Notes: generated from the sequence alone by a model not told the origin. DNA of 64,000 nucleotides from Candidatus Hydrogenedentota bacterium (GCA_963674865.2 CAXXYE010000004.1:576001-640000), one strand, 5' to 3'; counted from the stretch's first letter, positions 20,143-30,077 are shown. Numbers and translations are program-made.

Positions 20143-20774
20143 CCGGAGCGAAGCAGGAGAGGGACTGATGCAAGCGAGCGAGTCCCCGAGCGAGACGTGT
20201 CTGTCCCTTTCCCTGCGAAGCAACCCGCCAATAGCGGCAACAAGTCGCACGCGCCCCCTACATCTCCGGCCCCGCCGCCTTGCGCCCGCAGTCGGCGCAG
20301 GCCCCGTCCCGCAGGTGGTTCACCGTGCCAGAGAACCCCCGCCGCTCGATAACGACCGCCTTGCATCCCGGACAGTACGTGTTCTCACCGTCCGCGTCCG
20401 CCACATTGCCCAGGTACACGTACTCGAGCCCCGCCTCGATGCCTATCTCACGCGCCTCCCGGAGCGAAGCAGGAGAGGGACTGATGCAAGCGAGCGAGTC
20501 CCCGAGCGAGACGTGTCTGTCCCTTTCCCTGCGAAGCAACCCGCCAATACCGGCAAGGAGTCGCACACGCCCCCTACATCGCAAGCCCCGCCGCCTTGCG
20601 CCCGCAGTTGGCGCAGGCCCCGTCCCGCAGGTGGTTCACCGTGCCAGAGAAGCCCCGCCGCTCGATAACGACCGCCTTGCATCCCGGACAGTACGTGTTC
20701 TCACCGTCCGCGTCCGCCACATTGCCCAGGTACACGTACTCGAGCCCCGCCTCGATGCCTATCTCACGCGCCTC
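20143..20774. repeat. 316-bp tandem duplication (20143-20458 and 20459-20774) of the amrS 3' end plus a family A REP
   Basis: Period 316; ccggagcg microhomology at 20143, 20459 and 20775; about 9 substitutions between copies. Confidence 0.9.
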
Positions 20775-21587
20775 CCGGAGCGTAGCAACCGGCGTGGGGG
20801 AGAGATCATCCATTTTGTACGTCGGGAAGAACCGGCTGATGTGCCACGGCGTATCGCGTCCCAAGTCGTTGGCAACGAACTCCGCGATATCACTGAGCTC
20901 CTCCGAACTGTCATTCACCGTCGGGATCACCAGCGTCGTGACTTCCACCCACACGCCCAAGTCCTTCATCCGCCTTAGACTGTCAAGCACAGGTTCAAGC
21001 CGCCCGCCGGCGTACTTCCGGTACGTATCGTCGCGAAACGCCTTCAAGTCCACATTCGCCGCATCGAGATAAGGCTCGAACGTATCCAACATCTCCCGCG
21101 TCATGAAACCGTTCGTCACGAACGTGTTGAACAGCCCGGCCTCCCGGGCCGCCCGCGCCGTGTCATAGGCGTACTCGAAAAAGACCGTCGGCTCCGTGTA
21201 CGTGTACGAGATGCTCCGGCAGCCTTTCCGCTGCGCGTCGGCCACGATCTGTTCGGGCGAAACCTGCCGCCCCGCCACGAAATGCTGCTCCCGCGGCATC
21301 TGCGAGATCTGCCAGTTCTGACACCAACTACACCGGAAATTGCACCCCGGCGTCGCAATCGAATAAGCCGACGACCCCGGCGCCACGTGAAACAACGGCT
21401 TCTTCTCGATGGGATCCACATTCGCGCTGATCGTCCGGCCATAGACAAGCGAGTACAGCTTGCCTTCCCTATTCTCCCGAACCTGGCAAATGCCGCGCTG
21501 CCCCGCCTTCAACAGACAGCGATGCCCGCACAGGTTGCACCGCACCTGCCCCCCCGACAAGGCCTCATACAGCATCGCCTCCTTCAT
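20574..21587 (-). CDS. amrS: AmmeMemoRadiSam system radical SAM enzyme
   Basis: MKEAMLY, CNLCGHRC, DPIEKKPLFH, CNFRCSWCQNWQISQ, YTYTEP, C-terminal CxxC pairs. Confidence 0.92.
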   Translation of the reverse strand: MKEAMLYEALSGGQVRCNLCGHRCLLKAGQRGICQVRENREGKLYSLVYGRTISANVDPIEKKPLFHVAPGSSAYSIATPGCNFRCSWCQNWQISQMPREQHFVAGRQVSPEQIVADAQRKGCRSISYTYTEPTVFFEYAYDTARAAREAGLFNTFVTNGFMTREMLDTFEPYLDAANVDLKAFRDDTYRKYAGGRLEPVLDSLRRMKDLGVWVEVTTLVIPTVNDSSEELSDIAEFVANDLGRDTPWHISRFFPTYKMDDLSPTPVATLREAREIGIEAGLEYVYLGNVADADGENTYCPGCKAVVIERRGFSGTVNHLRDGACANCGRKAAGLAM

Positions 21588-21626
21588 CGCCGCCTCCTTG
21601 CCATATCCAACATTCTACAATCCGCT

Positions 21627-21735
21627 GGCCGCGAAAAGCACAAAGAACCGCAAGAACGGGACCCCTTGTTCGCGCCTTCTCGTGCCTTTTCGTGTTTCTT
21701 GTGGCCACTCTCACGTCTTCTCGCATTCTCAGTGG
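21627..21735. repeat. gccac..aaaagcac-type periodic inverted repeat directly downstream of the GxxExxY gene
   Basis: ggccgcgaaaagcacaaagaaccgcaaga ... ttctcgtgccttttcgtgtttcttgtggcc, plus ttctcgcattctcagtggc. Confidence 0.7.
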
Positions 21736-22122
21736 CTATTCTTTCTTCGTCATCAGATACTTCTTCACATACAGCCTGGCCCCGCCGAAGTTGATCAGCA
21801 ATCCCGTCTCGACCCGTGCCGACTTCAAATACCCCAGTATCTGAGCCACATGCTCATCGGCGATGGCCCTAACCGCTTTCAGTTCCACGATCAGGCAATC
21901 CTCGATATACAAGTCCGCAAAGTACTCACCCAAAACCGTGCCGTCTTCATCGTAAACCGTCAGCGGAAACTGCTGCTCGACCTTCAGGCCCTGTTGCCGC
22001 AGACGATGCACGAGTGCGTTCTCGTAAACCTTCTCAAGATGGCCGTTTCGGTGGTACTTGTGGATCGCGAAGGCCGTTTCCCTCACAACATCACACAGCG
22101 TGTTGATATCGTCCCACTTCAT
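21736..22122 (-). CDS. GxxExxY protein (PD-(D/E)XK nuclease-like)
   Basis: GHLEKVY motif, ADLYIED..IVELKAV, QILGYL, GLLINFG; 128 aa. Confidence 0.92.
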   Translation of the reverse strand: MKWDDINTLCDVVRETAFAIHKYHRNGHLEKVYENALVHRLRQQGLKVEQQFPLTVYDEDGTVLGEYFADLYIEDCLIVELKAVRAIADEHVAQILGYLKSARVETGLLINFGGARLYVKKYLMTKKE

Positions 22123-22333
22123 CTTCTGTCACCGCTTTCCAAGCACGATCACGCAACAAGCAACTCAATCCGGATATGACTGAGGAGCACGAAACGATCC
22201 CCCGATGTCACAGCCACTATTCTAAGCACACTCCTCCGTAAGTCAAACAGAAGATGGGAATTGAGTAGAATACGCGGAATTCGGCGCTCCCAGCGGCGGC
22301 GCTCAACAGACAGACGAGCGTTAGCGAAAAACA

Positions 22334-22397
22334 GACAGGATTAACAAAATTCATACGATTTCCGCCCGGAATCTTGTCAATCTTGTTAATCCTGTCC
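22334..22397. repeat. aatcctgtc-type 9-nt periodic inverted repeat upstream of the GxxExxY gene
   Basis: gacaggattaacaaaatt ... aatcttgtcaatcttgttaatcctgtc. Confidence 0.75.
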
Positions 22398-22455
22398 AAA
22401 AAACGCCCTTAGAAGGCCCTGCCCAACGACCTCCCTTCACCGGGCCGGCTCGTCC

Positions 22456-23199
22456 CTATTCGACTCGCCGTTGCCTACGCTCGTGCATGTTCTTGAGGAT
22501 CAGGGGGGCCGCTTCCTCGAAGCTCTTCCCCGACTTGATGGCCGCGCACGCCCCGCAGCATGTCCGCAAGTTCTCCTTCACGTGGCTCCCGCCCCGCGAC
22601 TGCGGCACGTAGTGATCCAGCGTCGCGTTTTCGTGAGTGACACGCTCGCCGCAGTACTGGCACGTCCAGTCATCCCGCGCGAACAGGCTCAGGCGCTTCT
22701 CGGGATTCGTGAAATGCTCGTCATCCGTCGAAAACGACGACGCCAGCTTCTCGACGACAAACGGGACCTCCCTCGGCGCAAGTACTTGATACAGCGTCCC
22801 TTCCCGGGTGGTATCGCCGACGACGATGCAGCCCTTCAGTTCGAGACTTCGGAACACCTCCGTCACTTGCGCGAAGCTGATCCCCGCCGCCGCACGTGAA
22901 CTTCGCCCAAGCCGCTCAAGGACCCGTTTCTTGCCGATTCGCACCGTGTCGGAGTTGTCGCGCAAGAAAGACATCCGCAGCAGAAGGAGATAAAGCGCGC
23001 TCTCGTAAGGCGTTAGCCCAGGCATCACAAGGTCTACGAGATCGCAGAGAAGACCCCGCACATCCTCGGCCACGTGGGCCACGTCCGCGGCGCCGCCGGG
23101 GAGGCCGAGAGCATCACCTTCTGCACCCGGCGCCTCATCCAAACGCCCCCCGGGCGCCAAATCCTGTGGATTCAAATCTAGTTCGTCGGCCATCGGCAT
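22456..23199 (-). CDS. HNH endonuclease-domain protein with an N-terminal HTH-like region
   Basis: RDDWTCQYCG, TLDHYVPQSRGG..EN, CCGAC; N-terminal LTPYESALYLLL region resembles a winged helix. Confidence 0.8.
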   Translation of the reverse strand: MPMADELDLNPQDLAPGGRLDEAPGAEGDALGLPGGAADVAHVAEDVRGLLCDLVDLVMPGLTPYESALYLLLLRMSFLRDNSDTVRIGKKRVLERLGRSSRAAAGISFAQVTEVFRSLELKGCIVVGDTTREGTLYQVLAPREVPFVVEKLASSFSTDDEHFTNPEKRLSLFARDDWTCQYCGERVTHENATLDHYVPQSRGGSHVKENLRTCCGACAAIKSGKSFEEAAPLILKNMHERRQRRVE

Positions 23200-23645
23200 A
23201 CAACCTTTCGTCGACAATTACTGTACGGCGCAGCCGCGCCGCAGGTACAACACCGGGGCAGGCCTTCGTCGCCTTTGACAAACAAACGAGAAGGAACGAC
23301 CGTGATAGAGAGCACGCCCTTGCGCACGCGCGACGAGAAGCGACAACTCTAGGCAGGACGGCAAGTGCCGGGCCGGCTATGAGATAAGATGCATTCATGA
23401 CAAGGGCGGTCCACCAAGAGCGATTACACGTCACCCATTACTTCTCAAAACGACATGCTCCACGTTCAGTCACCCTTTAAGGCCCATCCCCACAAATCTT
23501 TAACACACATACAGCGCTCAAGTTCCACGATCTCCGCAATGATCTCGAATCATCAACAACGTGATCCCCCTTGCAACCTACAGCAGTCCTTGCGCGTCCT
23601 CGCTGACGCCCGATCTTCACCGGCCCAATACCGGCAGGTACGCCC

Positions 23646-25898
23646 TCAAAGGACCTCAGGGATCTGCTCGATGCTGCCCTTCCAGAAGCCGATGCTCAAC
23701 CGGTTCCAAGTATAGGTGATGGCCATGCCGCAGGCCACGGGGATGATCGCGGGATAGGCGAAGGAGCCCTCCCCGCTCTCAATATCGCGCCGGCGTGGCC
23801 ATGTCCGGCCGTTATCGAAGGACAGCGCGATGGTCAGCGGCGTGCGTATCTTATTTGTTGACGATGGGTTATACACGAGCGCCAGCACGCCCTCGTCGAT
23901 CATCGCCGCGTCGATGCCGCTGTTCGGATTAAGAAGCTTCGTCGGACGTATCCGCGTCCAGGTGCGGCCGTAGTCCTTTGAATCGCTGCGGCCAATCACC
24001 CCGCAGGCCGTCCGAACGAACATCGATACTTTGCCGGGCTCCCATTCCCACAACGCGGGCTGGATCGCCCCGAGTCCCGTGATGCGCTTCCGGTTGATGT
24101 CCACCTTGGTGGCCGACCACGAACACCCCTCGTCTTCCGAGCGGTCGATAAACACTTCCCACCCATGCACTTCGTGCCGCTCCGTCGAACCCGGCGCCAG
24201 CCACGTCCCATCGGAAAGCACGATCGGCTTGTTCTTCACCGGCCCCCGCCCAAACGGACTGCCCTTGATGAACTCCCGCGGCCGCGTCCACGTGACGCCC
24301 TCATCGCGGCTGGACATCACCCACGTCGCCCAATTCGTCGCGCCCTGTCCCGCTTTGAAAAACAGCATGATTCGCCCATCAGGCCGCCTGAACAGGACCG
24401 GATTGTAATGGGGGACAGGCGCGACTTTCGCCACCATCACGGGCGGCGACCAGGCCTCTTCGGAACGCATCGACGACCAGATAGCCGTGTCCTCGTGCCC
24501 TTCCCGCGTCCCGCCGAACCAGACGGCCAGATAGCGGTCATTGGAAAGCTGCACCAACGACGACGCATGACACTGCGGGAACGGTCGCTCGTCCCCGAAA
24601 ATATGCTCATGAATACAGGTTTTCTTTCGCAAATAGGAGCCATAATCGGACAAATTCAGCGATTGTTGGGCCCGAATCAACCCTTTTTGGACCGTTTGTA
24701 TTGGCGCTTTTCGTATATTGAGCCCTTTGCGCAAGCATTCATACGCCACGCGCCCCGCCGCAAACCCAGTCTGCGCGCAGGTCGTCATCACACGGTACGA
24801 ACTCATGGCCATTTGGTCGCCAGAAATACCCCGGCCCGCTACAAGTAAGTTCTTGGAGCCCTTAGGGATAAGACACCCAAGCGGGATGTGGTACGCCTCG
24901 AGATGCGTCGTGATCCCGGTACCTGCCCGCTGGGGCTTCTCAGGCCAATGGTAGTCCAGATGGTACGTACCTACCGCGACCGCATCCTCGAACAACCGCC
25001 GCCGCTTAACATCTTCTTCCGTGATGACATACGTTCCTACGACGCGCCTACCCTCGCGGATACCGATCTGCCGCGACACGCACGCCAACGCGTGCCTGTC
25101 ATACACCCGCCCCCGGTAGCCCTTAGTCTGCAGGAAGTAGATGAGGCCCATCATCTGGCGGCGGGCGGCCACCTCCGCCGCAGAGAGGCTGTCGCCGTCG
25201 GCAGCGTCGAATCCGACCACCTTCATCTTTACCTCGACTTTGCCGCTGGGGAAGGCATCGACGGTGGTCATGGGGATATCGTCGTAGGACTCCCACTTAG
25301 GGCACTTCGGCGGAAGGTAGGGCTCCACCTTGCTTCCTGTGTCCCAGAGCGTGAAATAGAGACTCATGGGAAGCTGCACATAGGGCCCCTCGTGGAACGT
25401 CTCGAATCCGGCGGCATGGGCCAGCACGCACTCCCCGGTGGCGTCAATGGCCATACGCGGCCGGTAGGTGATCGAGTCAGAGGGGGTCGAGGCAAGCACG
25501 GAATGAAGCGTCCCATTTCGGCATGTCGCGTCGACCATCTGCGTATGAAACTGCACCTTGACGCCCTGCTCGAGCAGGTATTCCTGGAGGTAGAAGGCCC
25601 ACTGATCCAGCTCATAGCCCCGCCGATCTTTGTTGGGATCGTAAGGCTTGATTGAGCCGCGGCGTTGCAGGCGCTCCACGAGTTCCGCGAAAGGCCCATT
25701 TACCAGGGAGGAGTCGCCGCAAAAACCCGCCACGCCCCCGGCCGTGCCCTGTCCGCCGAGGACATTATGCCGCTCGATAAGCGTCACCCGGACGCCTTTC
25801 GCCCGCGCCCCAAGGGCGGCAAACGCCCCCGCGATACCACCACCAACCACCAGGACGTCGACTTCCCGCGAGACAGACTTACCTGTGCTGCAATTCAA
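23646..25898 (-). CDS. FAD-dependent oxidoreductase fused to a BNR/Asp-box sialidase-like beta-propeller
   Basis: DVLVVGGGIAG, IDATG, IREGRR, NLLVAGR; four SxDxGxTW-type Asp-boxes; probable TTG start at 25898 with AAGGAG RBS (ORF open from 25994). Confidence 0.85.
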   Translation of the reverse strand: MNCSTGKSVSREVDVLVVGGGIAGAFAALGARAKGVRVTLIERHNVLGGQGTAGGVAGFCGDSSLVNGPFAELVERLQRRGSIKPYDPNKDRRGYELDQWAFYLQEYLLEQGVKVQFHTQMVDATCRNGTLHSVLASTPSDSITYRPRMAIDATGECVLAHAAGFETFHEGPYVQLPMSLYFTLWDTGSKVEPYLPPKCPKWESYDDIPMTTVDAFPSGKVEVKMKVVGFDAADGDSLSAAEVAARRQMMGLIYFLQTKGYRGRVYDRHALACVSRQIGIREGRRVVGTYVITEEDVKRRRLFEDAVAVGTYHLDYHWPEKPQRAGTGITTHLEAYHIPLGCLIPKGSKNLLVAGRGISGDQMAMSSYRVMTTCAQTGFAAGRVAYECLRKGLNIRKAPIQTVQKGLIRAQQSLNLSDYGSYLRKKTCIHEHIFGDERPFPQCHASSLVQLSNDRYLAVWFGGTREGHEDTAIWSSMRSEEAWSPPVMVAKVAPVPHYNPVLFRRPDGRIMLFFKAGQGATNWATWVMSSRDEGVTWTRPREFIKGSPFGRGPVKNKPIVLSDGTWLAPGSTERHEVHGWEVFIDRSEDEGCSWSATKVDINRKRITGLGAIQPALWEWEPGKVSMFVRTACGVIGRSDSKDYGRTWTRIRPTKLLNPNSGIDAAMIDEGVLALVYNPSSTNKIRTPLTIALSFDNGRTWPRRRDIESGEGSFAYPAIIPVACGMAITYTWNRLSIGFWKGSIEQIPEVL

Positions 25899-26190
25899 CG
25901 ACCCGCGCTCCTTTCCACAGAGACAGACATCAGTCCTCTTGCTTCGCCTCGTTATAGAAGATGGCGGGACGGGCGCTTCATAACAGCACAACACCCCTGC
26001 CAGTCCAACAACACATCATCTTACCGTCACCGACTCTCGCGCATCCCACAGACTTCGAAAGTGCGCGTTCTCACGGCGTACATAATCTAGCACATGCAAC
26101 ACTGGTATCGAATACATGTTCGGACGTCGCCTGTGCAAGGACAGGATTTGTCGCACTTAGCTCACTTTTGCTCCTTTGAGCGGAATTCCC

Positions 26191-26219
26191 TTGACCTCGG
26201 GAGGCATATTCGCTAGACT
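26191..26219 (+). promoter_or_regulatory. Sigma70-type promoter
   Basis: TTGACC-N17-TAGACT upstream of the TIR gene; RBS GGAGG. Confidence 0.65.
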
Positions 26220-26305
26220 GCCTTAGTACAAGAAGCGGCGTGCGAGGGTGGCAATTACTTCTCAGGGGGGGTGGTATGCACGGCCGGAGGTGAGGCGTAC
26301 TAGAT

Positions 26306-28966
26306 ATGCAGGATTTTATTGTTAGCTACGTGGAATCTGATCGACCATGGGCGGAGTGGATTGAACGCCAACTTAAGGATGCCGGTTATGATTCCGAACT
26401 ATGTTCGTGGGATTATCGAACACCGCACGAAGCCCTGCGCAAGATGCGCAACAAGTCTTCCGACGGGGCCCACGTGGTGGCGGTGTTGTCGCCCAATTAC
26501 CTGACAACCGTTCATTCCGAGACAGAGTGGGTCCACGCGCTTTCCCTGTCCGAACTCCCCGTCCTACCGATTCGAGTGCGTCACTGCATTGTGGGCACCT
26601 TGGTCCAAAGCTACATCGATCTTGTGAAGCTGGATCATGAAGAGGCAAGGCGTGCACTCATCGGCGAGGTCACCTCCCGTTTCGGAGAGCCACAGAGGTC
26701 GCCGCTTGCAGGCCAAGTCACCGGGGCCGCAATTTCTGCCAGCACAGAAGGCCGCGGAGGCACCGGGCAAATCGTCCACGCGACCTTTCACGTGCCTTAC
26801 GACTCGCATCCGGAATTCGTGGGGAGAGAGGCCCTGCTGAATGACCTCTACAAGGCCCTGGCCTCCCGCAACTGCGTCGCCTTAGTTCAGAACCGCCCGG
26901 GGCCGGGCGGAACCGGGCGGACGCAATTGGCGGTTGAGTACGCCAATCTTTACAAGACGGACTACAGCGTCATCTGGTGGATGCGGGCGGAACGCGGGGC
27001 GACGCTGGTTCACGATTTCTCTGCCTTGGCGACCCCCCTGGATCTCGAAGACAAGGACGCGGACAACTTGGCCATGACGGCCAAATCCGTGCGCAAGTGG
27101 CTTTCGGAGAACTCGGGCTGGTTGCTCATTTTCGATTCGGCCCATCGGCCGAGATCCGTGGCGGAGTTCATCCCCGAGCAGTGCAAAGGCCACGTGCTAA
27201 TCACTTCCCTGAATCCCAGTTGGAGAGGCACGGCCGTGCAGTTTCGCGTTCCTCCATTGGAACGCAGCGAATCGGTGCAGCTACTCTTCAGGCAGACGAA
27301 AAAGCGTAACGAGGGCGCCTCCGCGGCCCTTGCCGCGGCCCTGGACGACCTTCCTCTTCCCCTCAACCTTGCCAGCGCCTTCATCCACACCACCGGCATC
27401 ACGATTGACGAATATATCGACCGCCTCCTCACTCGCCACAAAGAGTTCTGGGGATTCGAGGACCCGCCGCGGCATGTCATGGCTCTCACGGCGACGGCCC
27501 TGAGTCTGACGGTCGAACGCCTCGTGACGGAGAGCAAGGGCGCTGTCGACCTCCTCAAGGCCTGCGCCTACTGCGCCCCGCTCGACATTCGGCTGGCACG
27601 GTTCAGCGCCGGCATGAAGTCGCTGCCGCGGACGCTGGCAAAGACCGCCACCAACCTGACCAAACTAAACGGTGCGGTGAATTCGCTCAAGCGCTACGGT
27701 CTTGTCCAAGAGCGAGACGACGCCCTGTCCATGCATCGCGTGGTACAGGCCGTCATCTACAATTGGCTGGAACAGGACTTTCAGGACAGCGACAATGCCA
27801 ACTTGGAGGAGTTCCTGAAGAAATTCAGGTACACGCGCGCGGAGCGCAAGGGGGTCGACCTATGGTGCAAGGCGACCCTTCGCCTGCTCAAAGATGCCTA
27901 TCCTCAAGCTCTGTCCGACCGGGCGTGCTGGCACGAATGCGCGTTTCTTCTTCCTCACGTGATGTCGGTTCTGCAACACGCCGAGCGGATTGACGCAGAT
28001 CCGAAGACGTCCTCCCAACTGTGGAATCTTCTTGGCCTGTACCTCGTGGAGCGCGGTGACCTCACGCGGGCCCGAGTCTCGTTCGAATGGGCGCTGGCGC
28101 TCCACCAGCGCGCTTACGGCCCTAATCATCGCGGTCTGGGCCAGCTCTACAAGAACCTCGGCAATGTCCACCGTTCACTACATAACTTCCGCGAAGCACG
28201 TGCCGCTTATGAAAGGGCTTTGGCCAGCGACGAGGCGGCCTATGGACCTTCGCATGCTTCGGTGGCGGCGGACATCTTGAACCTTGGCAACATCCTGATG
28301 GAGACGGGGGATCTTCCCGTAGCCCGGCAATACTATATGCGGGCAGTCGAGGTGGATATGAAACTCAATGGGCAGAATCACCCCGACGTGGCCCGAGACC
28401 TGACAAACCTCGGACTCGTGTCCCGGGAGCTAGGAGACTTGACCGCCGCGTGGGAGTACTACGGCCAAGCCCTCGAGATCAACGAAGCGTCATACGGCGC
28501 CGAACACCGTGCGGTAGCCAGCTCGCTCAAGAACCTGGGCGAACTCTTGCGAAAAATGGGAGACAGCACCTCGGCGCAGATGCACTTCAAACGCGCCCTG
28601 GAAATTGACATCGCGCTTCACGGCAACAGCCATCCCGAGGTGGCCGCCGACTACAACAACCTAGGACTTATTTCCGAGGATAAGGGCAACATCGACGAAG
28701 CTAGGATATGCTATAGGCGGGCCTTGAACATCGAAGAAGCCGTCTATGGCCGCGAGCATCCCAAGGTGGCGATAAGCGTCAACAACCTAGGCGGTCTTTT
28801 CCTGAAGCAACGAGAGAGAGCGCAAGCCGCGGCCTGCTACGAGCGCGCGCACAGGATATTTCACAAGGTCCTGGGCGCGAAGCACCCGCATACACAAACG
28901 GCCATGCGCAACCTCCACAAGGCGTGCTCCAAGGACAAAGACGACACCGACTCCGAGTGGATCTAG
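26306..28966 (+). CDS. TIR + NB-ARC (STAND) + TPR protein (FxsT-like, NLR-like architecture)
   Basis: DFIVSY..DRPWAEWI TIR start; FVGREALL, GPGGTGRT P-loop, WLLIFD Walker B, LPLPL; about 7 kinesin-light-chain-type TPRs (HPxVA..NNLG). Confidence 0.88.
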   Translation: MQDFIVSYVESDRPWAEWIERQLKDAGYDSELCSWDYRTPHEALRKMRNKSSDGAHVVAVLSPNYLTTVHSETEWVHALSLSELPVLPIRVRHCIVGTLVQSYIDLVKLDHEEARRALIGEVTSRFGEPQRSPLAGQVTGAAISASTEGRGGTGQIVHATFHVPYDSHPEFVGREALLNDLYKALASRNCVALVQNRPGPGGTGRTQLAVEYANLYKTDYSVIWWMRAERGATLVHDFSALATPLDLEDKDADNLAMTAKSVRKWLSENSGWLLIFDSAHRPRSVAEFIPEQCKGHVLITSLNPSWRGTAVQFRVPPLERSESVQLLFRQTKKRNEGASAALAAALDDLPLPLNLASAFIHTTGITIDEYIDRLLTRHKEFWGFEDPPRHVMALTATALSLTVERLVTESKGAVDLLKACAYCAPLDIRLARFSAGMKSLPRTLAKTATNLTKLNGAVNSLKRYGLVQERDDALSMHRVVQAVIYNWLEQDFQDSDNANLEEFLKKFRYTRAERKGVDLWCKATLRLLKDAYPQALSDRACWHECAFLLPHVMSVLQHAERIDADPKTSSQLWNLLGLYLVERGDLTRARVSFEWALALHQRAYGPNHRGLGQLYKNLGNVHRSLHNFREARAAYERALASDEAAYGPSHASVAADILNLGNILMETGDLPVARQYYMRAVEVDMKLNGQNHPDVARDLTNLGLVSRELGDLTAAWEYYGQALEINEASYGAEHRAVASSLKNLGELLRKMGDSTSAQMHFKRALEIDIALHGNSHPEVAADYNNLGLISEDKGNIDEARICYRRALNIEEAVYGREHPKVAISVNNLGGLFLKQRERAQAAACYERAHRIFHKVLGAKHPHTQTAMRNLHKACSKDKDDTDSEWI

Positions 28967-29033
28967 TCCGAGTGGCTCACACGTGGTCGCCTGCGCCCCG
29001 ATTCCTTCACCCATCGCCCGACGGAAAGACGTG

Positions 29034-30077
29034 TTAGCTCCGGCCGTCCAGCCCCGCCAGTTCCACGCGATTGCGGCCCAGTTCTTTGGCGCGGTAGAGG
29101 GCCGCGTCGGCTTCCTCGACAATCGCTTGGGGACCTTCGCATTCCGGCCGGTATTCGGCGACGCCTATACTCGTCGTGACGTTCAGGGAATCTTGCCGAC
29201 CCTCGCCAAAAGGATTATTGCGCACACGATCACACAACTTGTTGGCGAGCACGGCGGCTTCTTCGAGGCGCGTCTCGGGCAGAATGACGGCGATCTCTTC
29301 GCCTCCGTAGCGACAGCAGATATCCGAACGGCGGGTGTTGCGCCGGATCAACTCGGCGAACTCCCGCAGGACTTGATCCCCCGTCTGGTGTCCGTAGGTG
29401 TCGTTGAACTTCTTGAAGTGGTCGATGTCGAATAGCAGCATGGAGAACGTCCGCCCATAGCGCCGGGCCTGCTCGAACTCCTCGTCCATGCGCAAGTCGA
29501 AGTACCGTCGCACGTATAGCTTCGTCAGCCCGTCCGTCACCGCCAAGGCATAGAGCTGCGCGTTGTTGATGGCAATGGCGATCTGCGATCCGATGGACTG
29601 AAACAAATCGGCATCGTCGTGACTGAACGGGTGGCCGTCACGCCGATCTTCGAGACGCATTACGCCGACGGCCGCGCTCTTGGCGACGAGGGGGACATAG
29701 GCCGCATTCTGGAAATCGGAACTCACCAGCAAGGTGGTCTTCGATTGAAGCACATCCCCAAACGGCGTGCCCGCTAACGGCCCGGCTTCTTCCTCAAGGC
29801 GTTCCTTGCTTATGAGATCGTCGCCGTACTTGGCGATGATGGGCCGGACGACCTGCCCTTCCTTATCCAATTCAAAGATGGTGAGGCGACGAACATCCAA
29901 GGCCCCCTGAACAACGTTCGCGATATCCGTCAAAGTCTCGTCAAGTTCCAGAGAGTGGCTGATGGCGAGTCCGATTTCCCGTAGCGTTGACAGATGATCG
30001 ACCTGTCTGGCCAGAGCCGTATAGCTCCGGTAGAGCGACTCATAGTCGCCCGCCCACTGCCCGCCAGAACCGTCCAT
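29034..30077 (-). CDS. GAF-domain diguanylate cyclase
   Basis: TDGLT, DIDHFKKFNDTYGH..GD, RRSD I-site, RYGGEE active site. Confidence 0.92.
   Translation of the reverse strand: MDGSGGQWAGDYESLYRSYTALARQVDHLSTLREIGLAISHSLELDETLTDIANVVQGALDVRRLTIFELDKEGQVVRPIIAKYGDDLISKERLEEEAGPLAGTPFGDVLQSKTTLLVSSDFQNAAYVPLVAKSAAVGVMRLEDRRDGHPFSHDDADLFQSIGSQIAIAINNAQLYALAVTDGLTKLYVRRYFDLRMDEEFEQARRYGRTFSMLLFDIDHFKKFNDTYGHQTGDQVLREFAELIRRNTRRSDICCRYGGEEIAVILPETRLEEAAVLANKLCDRVRNNPFGEGRQDSLNVTTSIGVAEYRPECEGPQAIVEEADAALYRAKELGRNRVELAGLDGRS

Noticed and set aside
20143..20774. DGR template/variable repeat pair
   Set aside because: Differences are not confined to adenines on either strand, and no reverse transcriptase is in the window.
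23200..23645. Small ORFs in the lower-GC gap upstream of the HNH gene
   Set aside because: No motifs, RBS or codon bias to support them.
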